A DNA stretch of 64,000 bases from Ostrea edulis (lineage: Eukaryota), in contig NC_079169.1 in assembly GCF_947568905.1 (NCBI RefSeq), forward strand, positions 25,482,001 to 25,546,000, read 5' to 3'. The first letter of the stretch is position 1. The number at the start of each line of letters is the position of its first letter. Under the pieces are notes generated by a model. It did not search any database, was not told the origin of the DNA, and was given only the letters and a program-made list of their open reading frames with translations. Both the position numbers and the translations under genes were made by a program. Positions 13,501 to 25,879 of this stretch are shown here, piece after piece.

Positions 13501-16500
13501 GGTAAAATTAATGCTTAGGACCTTGAAGACACTTCAACATAACTGGGGTATTTGAGATTACCGTGTTCCAGATATCAGGAGTTTTTAAAATCATATATAT
13601 AGGGAATACGGCCCGGACTGGCGATTGACTTCGACATAAGCGGGGTATTCGAGATAACCTATATTTGAGATACAGATATTTTACTGTATTTTTAAAAGAG
13701 CATATACAAAAAGATTTAATGCTTAATATATTTTTCCAATTTGCCATTTAACTCCATCATATGCCTGGACCCATGTCTCATGGACAGAGAATTTCACATT
13801 TTAAAATGACATCTCCATATCTATCATAATGCCGTGCTCATATTGTTTTAGAGTTGTCCTGGTCCAGCCAAAGATGTTCTCTTTACTACAGTAGACCCAC
13901 ACAAATCTGAAAACTATACTTCCACATGACTAACAACATGTTAATCTTTCAAACTATCTCCTTGTTTATTATTTTGTAAAATTTGGACCAAAAGTGTTTT
14001 TATTGATAATTTGACAAGTGTAGCCTTTGACCTCAAACATTTTTCTGTAATATTTTTCGTACTGTGAACCTCTCATGGCCTCAAACGGAAGGAGGTGAGG
14101 GGGTGGGGAATGGGGATGTAACAATACTGACAGATGGAGGATAGTAAACATCAGTCAGAAAGGTCATTAAAACTTACCTCCTCCTCGCCGTTTTCCCGGA
14201 CTGAGCTGCTGTGTCGAGGGGATTCCCCTGTCTCTGACGTGTAGGAAGATGTACTGTCGGTGCTGATCTTGCGCTGATTCAGAGCGTCACCTCGAGGTCC
14301 CAGCATTAGGTTCTGGAGGTGTTCACATACCCTCCTGAAGCGCCGCGAAGGACCTGGTAAACAAAATCAGTTATTATTCTCTCAAAAAAGATTTGAACTT
14401 CCTACTTTTGAAAAAAATTCAACCTTATGAAATAAAATTGTACTTCATTCAACAAATAAATTTGTGCAATGCATATAAAACATTTTTGCACCAAACCTTG
14501 AATCTAGTTACAGGATACATGTATTATATTGTATAGGCCTAGTATAACCTGAATGTTTTCATATAAAGTAAATATGGTTTACAGATATTACGTTGTGTTG
14601 GGTTTACAATCTTATGGAACATTATAAGAATGTAACTACAGTACCTAAATCATCTGACTCATTGTACAGTAATTTTTTTTAAAATATTCATTATGAAAAC
14701 ATATATATCATATTTATCTCCTCTTGCCAAACTTTTCTGTTAAAAAACTATATTTTCTATTAAAAAATCTCTTCGGAATTTTTCACATAGCAACCTACAA
14801 CAGAATGAGAACTCTGTACCTGTTATAAGTGTAAAGATGAGACAATGAGAACCCTGTACCTGTTATAAATATAAAGGTGTGACAATGAGAACTCTGTACT
14901 TGTTATAAGTGTAAAGATGAGACAATGAGAACTCTGTACCTGTTATAAGTGTAAAGATGAGACAATGAGAACCCTAAACCTGTTATAAGTGTAAAGATGA
15001 GACAATGAGAACTCTGTACCTGTTATAAGTGTAATGATAAGACAATGAGAACCCTGTACCTGTTATAAGTGTAAAGGTAAGACAATGAGAACCCTGTACC
15101 CATTATAAGTGTAAAGATGAGACAATGAGAACTCTGTACCTGTTATAAGTGTAAAGGTAAGACAATGAGAACCCTGTACCTGTTATAAGTGTAAAGGTGA
15201 GACAATGAGAACCCTGTACCTATTATAAGTGTAAAGGTGAGACAACAAGAGGTACTGTGAGCAATGCTCACTAAGAATACCCCCCGCTTACCCCAATCTC
15301 CCAAAGGGTGTTGGTAATAGGTATAAACTACCTCTTTTCTGAGTGTAAAAAACAAATGGCATGACAAACCGAACCATATTGCTACTTCGATGTCCAGTGT
15401 GCGTGACCTTTGACCTTTTGACCCCAAAATCGATAGGGAACATCTTCATCCCATGGGTAGTCCATATGTATGATATGGTGACTGTAGGTGGAAAGGATAA
15501 CGTTTTAGAGCCCGGAAACCATATTACTACTTCGATGTCCAGTGCGTTTGACCTTTGGACCCCAAAATCGATAGGGAACATCTTCATCCCATGGGTAGTC
15601 CATATATATGATATGGTGACAGTAGAAGGAAAGGATAATGCTTTAGAGCCCGGAAACCATTGCGTCTACAGACGGACGGACAGACGGACGGACGGACAAC
15701 CCGATTCCAGTATACCCCTCCCCCCCCCCCCCCCACAACTTGTTGCGGGGGGTATAATGAGAACCCTGTACCTGTTATAAGTGTAAAGATGAGACAATGA
15801 GAATTCTGTACCTGTTATAAGTGTAAAGGTGAGACAATGAGAACCCTGTACCTGTTATAAGTGTAAAGATGAGACAATGAGAACTCTGTACCTGTTATAA
15901 GTGTAAATATGAGACAATGAGAACTCTGTACCTGTTATAAATATAAAGGTGTGACAATGAGAACACTGTACCTGTTATAAGTGTAAAGATGAGACAATGA
16001 GAACTCTGTACCTGTTATAAGTGTAAATATGAGACAATGAGAACACTGTACCTGTTATAAGTGTAAAGGTAAGACAATGAGAACCCTGTACCTGTTATAA
16101 GTGTAAAGATGAGACAATGAGAATTCTGTACCTGTTATAAATATAAAGATGAGACAATGAGAACACTGTACCTGTTATAAGTGTAAATATGAGACAATGA
16201 AAACTCTGTACCTGTTATAAGTGTAAAGGTGAGACAATGAGAACCCTGTACCTGCTATAAGTGTAAAGATGAGACAATGAGAATTCTGTACCTGTTATAA
16301 ATATAAAGATGAGACAATGAGAACACTGTACCTGTTATAAGTGTAAATATGAGACAATGAGAACTCTGTACCTGTTATAAGTGTGAAGGTGAGACAATGA
16401 GAATCCTGTACCTGTTATAAGTGTAAAGGTGAGACAATGAGAACCCTGTACCTGTTATAAGTGTAAAGGTGAGACAATGAGAACCCTGTACCTGTTATAA

Positions 16501-19500
16501 GTGTGAAGATGAGACAATGAGAACCCTGTACCTGTTATAAATGTAAAGATGAGACAATGAGAACCCTGTACCTGTTATAAGTGTAAATATGAGACAATGA
16601 GAACTCTGTACCTGTTATAAGTGTGAAGATGAGACAATGAGAATCCTGTACCTGTTATAAGTGTAAAGGTGAGACAATGAGAACCCTGTACCTGTTATAA
16701 GTGTAAAGGTGAGACAATGAGAACCCTGTACCTGTTATAAATGTAAAGATGAGACAATGAGAACCCTGTACCTGTTATAAATGTAAAGATGAGACAATGA
16801 GAACTCTGTACCTGTTATAAGTGTAAAGGTGAGACAATGAGAACCCTGTACCTGTTATAAATGTAAAGATGAGACAATGAGAACCCTGTACCTGTTATAA
16901 ATGTAAAGATGAGACAATGAGAACTCTGTACCTGTTATAAGTGTAAAGATGAGACAATGAGAACCCTGTACCTGTTATAAGTGTAAATATGAGACAATGA
17001 GAACTCTGTACCTGTTATAAGTGTAAAGGTGAGACAATGAGAACTCTGTACCTGTTATAAATGTAAAGATGAGACAATGAGAACCCTGTACCTGCTATAA
17101 GTGTAAATATGAGACAATGAGAACACTGTAACTGTTATAAGTGTAAAGATGAGACAATGAGAACCCTGTGCCTGTTATAAGTGTAAAGTAAGACAATGAA
17201 AACTCTGTACTTGTTATAAGTGTAAAGGTGAGACAATGAGAACCCTGTACCTGTTATAAGTGTAAAGCTGACACAATGAGAACCCTGTACCTGTTATAAG
17301 TGTAAAGGTGAAACAGAATGAGAACTCTGTACCTGTTATAAGTGTAAAGTAAGACAATGAAAACTCTGTACCTGTTATAAGTGTAAAGGTAAGACAATGA
17401 GAACACTGTACCTGTTATAAGTGTAAAGGTGAGACAATGAGAACCCTGTACCTGTTATAATTGTAAAGCTGAGACAATGAGAACTCTGTACCTGTTATAA
17501 GTGTAAAGTAAGACAATGAAAACTCTGTACTTGTTATAAGTGTAAAGGTGAGACAATGAGAACCCTGTACCTGTTATAAGTGTAAAGATGAGACAATGAG
17601 AACCCTGTACCTGTATAAGTGTAAAGATGAGACAATGAGAACCCTGTACCTGTTATAAGTGTAAAGGTGAGACAATGAAAACTCTGTACTTGTTATAAGT
17701 GTAAAGATGAGACAATGAGAACACTGTACCTGCTATAAGTGTAAATATGAGACAATGAGAACACTGTACCGATTATAAGTGTAAAGGTGAGACAATGAGA
17801 ACCCTGTACCTGTTATAAGTGTAAAGGTAAGACAATGAGAACCCTGTACCTGTTATAAATGTAAAGATGAGACAATGAGAACCCTGTACCTGCTATAAGT
17901 GTAAATATGAGACAATGAGAACACTGTAACTGTTATAAGTGTAAAGATGAGACAATGAAAACTCTGTACCTGTTATAAATGTAAAGATGAGACAATGAGA
18001 ACACTGTAACTGTTATAAGTGTAAAGATGAGACAATGAGAACACTGTACCTGTTATAAATGTAAAGATGAGACAATGAGAACCCTGTACCTGCTATAAGT
18101 GTAAATATGAGACAATGAGAACCCTGTACCTGTTATAAGTGTAAAGATGAGACAATGAAAACTCTGTACCTGTTATAAATGTAAAGATGAGACAATGAGA
18201 ACCCTGTACCTGCTATAAGTGTAAATATGAGACAATGAGAACACTGTACCTGTATAAGTGTAAATATGAGACAATGAGAACCCTGTACCTGTTATAAGTG
18301 TAAAAGTGAGACAATGAAAACTCTGTACCTGTATAAGTGTAAAGATGAGACAATGAGAACACTGTACCTGCTATAAGTGTGAAGATGAGACAATGAAAAC
18401 CCTGTACCTGTTATAAGTGTGAAGGTGAGACAATGAGAACCCTGTACCTGTATAAGTGTAAATATGAGACAATGAGAACCCTGTACCTGCTATAAGTGTG
18501 AAGGTGAGGCAGTACATCACACTGTTCTGACTGCCACCATGTGTGGGAGTGATGTCCATCTGGAATCGTACATTTCTGGAGAACATGGCTGAACTGCCTG
18601 ATCGCCTGTACTCTGCTCGGAATGAAGTAGCAGAAACTACACTGTGACTGAGGTCTGCTGTCTACAAAGACATTCACTCTTAGTCAGCATAATCATACAA
18701 TTATAATCAATCATGTATTTATGTACATGAACTTTCAAAAAGATTTTGGGTGCTTGTAAAACTTGAAATTTTTAAGCTTTAAATGAAGAATACTTCCAAT
18801 GTTTATTACAATTGTTTTGATTGGATAAAAATAAAGCTAAATGAGAATTTACACATCAATTAATCAAAAAACATTAGGTATACATACGCGCCTGAAAACA
18901 AATAGCCTTGTGCGGGGAAACTATTCAATTTTTTAAAATCAATAATACAGGGAACAAATTGGAATTATAAGAATCAAACACTCTTTTTGAAGTCTGCGTT
19001 GACCTGATTCACAACAAACAACGTACCGACAGTAGAGCGTGTACTAAATCTACCTTGACCTGATTCACAACAAACAACAAACTCACAGTAGAGTGTGTAC
19101 TAAGTCTACCTTGACCTGATTCACAACAAACAACACACTGACAGTAGAGCGTGTACTAAGTCTGCCTTGACCTGATTCACAACAAACAACACACTGACAG
19201 TAGAGCGTGTACTAAGTCTACCTTGACCTGATTCACAACAAACAACACAATGACAGTAGAGCGTGTACTAAGTCTACCTTGACCTGATTCACAACAAACA
19301 ACGTACCGACAGTAGAGCATGTACTAAGTCTGCCTTGACCTGACTCAGAGGTTTGTCTTGGGCCATAATAAAATGATGTTCCTCTCTCTCATTCCCCATC
19401 AGGGCTCCAAACCAAGACTTCTTTGTCATTCTACAATAAGCAACACGATTAAAACAACATCTTAATAGCAAGATTTAAAAAAAATCCATATATCATGAAT

Positions 19501-22500
19501 GCGTTTTAAGCTATAAATTTACAACAGTCTTTATATGTTACATACAAAATTACAACACGAAAAAAAAAAATCACATTGAAATCTCAAGAGATTACTGCAG
19601 ACAATCCAATTACAAAACTTGAATGCTATGGCAAAAGAATGCTGTAAATTTTGAATGTAATTCGATAAATATAAATCCTGCTTCATTACTCAAAGTGAAA
19701 TGTGGAACTTACTCAGGGGAGGAGTCGGGCGTCATGGAAACATCCTCTGTAGGCACTGAAGAATACAACACAACATACTCATTGTATGCCATAGATTTTT
19801 TTTCCAATCTGTTTTAAACTTGGAACATTTAGCATTATTTTCAATCCATATATCTCACTATGAAACTGCAATATATGTTTTACATTAATTTTCTGTTAAC
19901 TGGATCATTTATTCTTATATTACAATGCATGTATTACCTTGAAAAATACCAGTAAGAGAAACCAGGGAAAAAAATTACATGCCATGCTAATTCAAAAACG
20001 TTAGTTCACTTTTCTATACAATATAAATGCAGAACAATTTTGCAGATGCCATTTTGAAACTCAACCTGCACAAGTTAACACCAACAAAGTTATTTTAGAT
20101 TAATGAAACAGCATTCATGTATAAATTCCAATAAACTATTCCACTCAGTAGATAAAGTATAAATGAAACAGCTTGCTCAACATGACTGCCATTTCCTCCC
20201 TCAGCACCCCTTAGATCCACCACTTTCCTCTCTCACTCCCCCTTAGATCCACCAAGTGCACGTAAAATGTTGAACCTCATTCAACCACAACTTGTAGTAA
20301 AGCAGATGAACATAGGAAGCTATAACTAGACAGACAGACTGACAGACACAAGTCAGTAAACCAGAAGCATATAAAATTCTTCTATAAATTCGTATCTCCA
20401 CAAAATCTACAGTAATTCATGTAGACAAGCAATTCAATATTATTCACTAGCATTGGTTAGACACTACGGAGAAGGGAGTTAACTCAAACCAAAAGCCAGG
20501 AGAGTGAGCTCTTTGTTTCACAGTAAGCCAGTTAGGGACAGCCTCCACACTATGGTGGCACTCCGTGCACCACCTTTAACACCTGTACCTGTCAACAAAG
20601 GCGGTGGTACCTCCTTACAATACCCATTACCATGGTTACCATACGGGATACCTTGGAGTTTTCGCCGGTGGAATCGAGGAGAGCCAAGGAAGCTGTTTTT
20701 GATGGTATGCAGCCGTGACCTCCAGGGGTTATTCTGAATGGCGGGGGATCCTGGGGGTGTGGCTGAGGGACTATGGGTGGGGCCCCGAGCAGGTATTCTC
20801 ACACTGGATATTGGGGAACTGCTAGGACTACTGGATAGACTGGCCTTTCGGCTGGAAAGAGACACAACATATAAGAATGTCCTCCTACTTCAATGATTTA
20901 TATGTATAGGTATTCACTGACAGAATGAAGCTTATTGTTTTAAATTTGTCACATGTACCCAAGCACCATACAGGTTAATTAGTTTTAACATGCATCATCA
21001 TTACAATACAACTTAGACTCAAGAAAATTTCACAAGAATTTGTATAGCTGCCCAGCCAATGGTTCAGTCAATTCTAAAAATCTAGAATTGAAAATTCTGC
21101 ATGCTGGTTTGATTAATTTCTTGTAAATTCATCTGCACACTTATTTACATCCAACAACACAACAATATTAACTTACACTCTCTGTACAGCTAGTGCTCGG
21201 CGGGAAGCTACCGGTGACCCTTCACTTATACTTCCTAGCGACAGTCTGTTAGTACAGGGTCAGTGAATTACTAGCTAGTACATACACATTCAATAGCTAT
21301 ATTAGTTTAGTAAACTGGTGTTCAACAGTGTTATTTTTGGGACATATTGGTAGTATATAATTTTTGTTAAAATAAAACACAAAATGTAGTACCTGGGCTG
21401 GCCATTTTGATGATTCAGTTGCACAGCATCTACTCGTTTTCTGGGAGGGTCAGCTGAGGGAAACAAGACACATCTTAAATTTGTTCTTGTTCTGCATCAT
21501 TTAACAAATGGAGCACCAGCACATGAACAGTCAAACCTGCTTATTATGACTTATCATGTCCAATTGATTGTACTATGTAATTTCTGTGCCAAACTATAAA
21601 TCAAAAGTATTCTGATTGGAAATAATTAAATGGATCTGGATGGTGATTAACTTAATACACTTTATGAAAACAATATGAATGATGCTTATATAGAGCGGAT
21701 ATTGTAAGTGTTTTACCTGATTCTGAGCGAAGTCTGATCTCGTGGTCATCTTCAATGCTAGGGTTCCTGAGTTTACGATCTAACAGCAAAAAATACACTA
21801 CCTTCTCTGTATTGTGTCTGAAAATGTTTTTAAAAGTAAAAAATCATTACAGTGAAACTTCTCCAAACCGGCCCCTCAGAAAACCGGTTCTCCCTGAACA
21901 TCGGCCGATTTTTAAAGTCCCGGCAGAAACCTTAACATTTCCTTACAAAGAAAGTCTCACAAAACCAGCCACCCCTGAAAACCGGACATCGGCCACTTTT
22001 TAAAGTACAATTGTTAACAAACATGTGTAAATTACCCTTATAATACAGGCCACATTTGAAGACTAGAAAACTTTGGCCAGAGGGGTGATTAAGACAGGCC
22101 AGGTGTGAAAAATGACTGACCTACTGGCCAGGTGGGAAATTATCAACTGGAGGTGTGAAAAACACCAGTGGCCTCTATAAGTTCTATAGTTTACCTGTGC
22201 TGTCCAGGGTGTTAATTGGTGCTTGGCTAATCCAAGTGACCCTTTCAAATTTCTGTACCAAATGTTATAAACAGATATGCACATATTGAATGAATACAAT
22301 CAATACGCCATATTGTTACACCATGGATATAAGCGGTAGTTAATAAACAACAAACCCATGACTGTTAATGATAATTTTCAATAGATAAATGATTTTGGGG
22401 AGTTTTCAATAGACTTAAAATTCCTAAGAAACATCTACATTAAAATTATATATTTAATTACTACTGCACTTTTCAAAAATGTGAAAATAAATTTGTTAAC

Positions 22501-25500
22501 GATATAAGCAATGGACGTAAACAGGGTTTTTATAGGTACTAAGAGGAATTCCAATAATAGGCCTCCGTGTTTTCTTTATGTATCCTGTTATAAATATTTA
22601 GTTAAAATTAGATGATTGCAGCACAGCTCTTTCTTGTAATAATTACCTGTAGGTACAAGTGGACTAGTTTGATCTCCACCGATAATTGATCAAAGATCCC
22701 CATATCAAAGTAAGCAGTACCTACTCTGTGTATTAACTGCAGCAATCGAATGGCTATGTGTTTGTTTTGTTTATTAAAACATAAGCCGAAATTCTACATA
22801 AATGCTGCTAGTCTACAAATTTCTATACATATATCAAATGCAGTTTTATTTAAACTGACTGTTTTCCATTATCTATGCATGTCAATGTAAAAATGTTTAT
22901 CATGTTTAATTAGTTTTAGTGCTATAAATTGAAAATAAGCATGTTAGTAAATAATTTTGTTTTATTTCTAATAGTGAAATAATAGTCCTTGAACACTATA
23001 TTATATGGTTTGTGGTATGTCAATGAAATATTTAATAAAAATTGAGCTGACATGTCTCTAAATGCTAAATTCTCGGTATACCGGCCACCCCTCTAAACCG
23101 GCCGTTTTTTCCGGTCCGACAGCTGGCCGGTTTAGAGAAGTTTCACTGTATATGCACCCAGGGGTGCATGAGCCGAGTTGCATGGGATACATTGTAAAGT
23201 CAGGAATGATATGGCATATATATAATTGTGAAGAACTAATTTCAGTTTTAAACTTTTTGAGTTACTGTCCAGAAACCATATTTGTCTGAAGTTTTCAATC
23301 TATTATTCGGTCACTGTGACCTTGACCTTTGACCTTTTTTTCTCCAATCAATAGCGGCCTTGCTTTGCTGGTATCCAACAATATATCCAAGTTTCATTTG
23401 ATTCAAGTTTAAAAAATTTAAATTATCCTCCGGAAACCAAATTTTAAAAAACAAGAGATGTTTGTAAAACACATATGCCCCCCATGGTGCAAAATTGAAA
23501 AGGGTTATACACACACACATCATTTAATTGAGAGTAATATCATCAATTCAAAATATTGAGCAGACAATATCTTCCTATGTCAAGAGTGGATTGACCATGT
23601 GACCTAAAAATCAATAGGGGTCATCAACTCCTTAAGATGTACCAGTGTACCAAGTTTGATGTCTGTCAAGCAAAGGGTTCTCAAGATATTGAACGGACAG
23701 TATATTCCTATGTCCAATTTGACCCTTGACTTTTGACCATGTGACCTTAAAATAATTAGTAGTCATCTTCTCCTGAAGATGTACCAGTGTACCAAGTTTG
23801 ATGTCTGTCAAGCAAAGGGTTCTCAAGATATTGAGCAGACAGTATATTCCTATGTACAGTTTAACCCTTGACCTTTGACCATGCGACCTCAAAATCAATA
23901 GGTGTCATCTTCTCCTGAAGATGTACCAGTGTACCAAGTTTAATGTCTGTCAAGCAAAGGGTTCTTAAGATATGGAGCAGACAGTATATTCCAATGTCCA
24001 GTTTGACCCTTGACCTTTGACTATGTGATTTGAAAATCAATAGGGGTCGTCTTCTCCTGAAGACGTACCAGTGTACCACGTTTGATGTCTGTCAAGCAAA
24101 GGGTTCTCAAGATATTGAACGGACAGTATATTCCTATGTCCAGTTTGACCCTTGACCTTTAAACATGTGATCTCAAAATAAATAGGGGTAATTTTCTCCT
24201 GAAGATGTACCAGTGTACCAAGTTTGATGTCTGTCAAGCGAAGGGTTCTCAAAATATTGAACGGACAGTATATTCCTGTCTAGTGTGACCCTTGACCTTT
24301 GACCATGTGACCTCAAAATCGATAGTGGTCGTCTTCTCCTGAAGTCGTATCAGTGTACCAAGTTTGATGTCTGTCGAGAAAAGGGTTCTCAAGGTGCTGA
24401 GCAGACAGTATATTCCCATGTCAAGTTTGACCCTTGACCTTTGACCATGTGACCTCAAAATCAATAAGGGTCATCTTCTCTTGAAAATGTACCAGTGTAT
24501 CAAGTTTGATGTCTGTCAAGCAAAGGGTTCTCGAGATATTTGACGGACAGTATATTCCTATGTCCAGTTTGACCCTTGACCTTTGACCATGTGACCTCAA
24601 AATCAATGGGGGTCATCTTCTTCTGAAGATGTACTGGCGTACCAAGTTTGATGTCTGTCAAGCAAAGGGTTCTCTAGACATTGAATGGTCAGTATATTCC
24701 TATGCCCAGTTTGACCCTTGACCTTTGACCATATGACCTCAAAATCAATAGGGGTCATCTACTCCTTAGGATGTACCAGTGTGCCAAGTTTGATGTCTTT
24801 CAAGCAAAGGGTTCTCAAGATATTGAGCGGACATTATATTCCTATGTCCAGAGTAGATTGACCCTTGACCTTTGACCTTTTGACCTGAAAAACAATGAGG
24901 ATCCTCTTCTACTCATAACTAACCCACATATGAAATATCATTATCATCAAGTGAATGGTTCTCAAGATATTAAGCGGACAACACATGGTCTACAGACCGA
25001 CCGACCGAAAGACCGACCGACCGACAGGTGCAAAACAATATGCCCCCTCTTTTTCAAAGGGGGGCATAAAAATTTAATCTATTTTTGGTCACTGTGACCT
25101 TGACCTTTGACCTATTTTCTCCAAAATCAATAGGGGTCTTCCTTACCTGGTACATAACAATATCTTTAAGTATCATTTGATTCGGATTTAAACTTTCTGA
25201 GTTATCATCCGGAAACCAAATATTTCTGAAATTTTCATTCTATATTCAGTCACTGTGACCTTGACCTTTGACCTTTTTTCTCCAAAATCAATAGAGGTCT
25301 TTCTTACCTGGTACCTAACAATATATGAAAGTTTCATATGATTTGGATTTATTTTTCTGAAATTTTCATTCTATATTCGGTCACTGTGACCTTGAACCTT
25401 TTTTCTCCAAAATCAATAGGGATCTTCCTTATCTGGTACCCATCAATATATCAAATTTTTATTTGATTCGGATTTAAATTTTCTGAGTTATCATCCGGAA

Positions 25501-25848
25501 ACCAAATTTTTCTAAAATTTTCATTCTATTTTTCGTCACTGTGACCTTGACCTTTGACCATTTTTCTCCAACATCAATAGGGGTCTTCCTTACCTGGTAC
25601 CCAACAATATATTAAAGTTTCATTTGATTAGATTGTAAACTTTTCGAGTTATCATCCGGAAACCAATTGTTGACGCCCAACCGCCCGCATCACCAAACCA
25701 ATAGCCGAGTTCAACTTCGTTGCAACTCGGCTAATAAAAAGTCAGCATATAATATGAGTTGTTAAAATTATCTAATGTATTACACACAACCTGACTAATG
25801 CAAATAGATATGAATGAACTACATGTACTGTAAATATCATGTACATAC

Positions 25849-25879
<31 letters not shown>

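Noticed and set aside
23311-24606. Cluster of similar short minus-strand ORFs
   Set aside because: They are translations of the 142-bp tandem cores, not a gene family.
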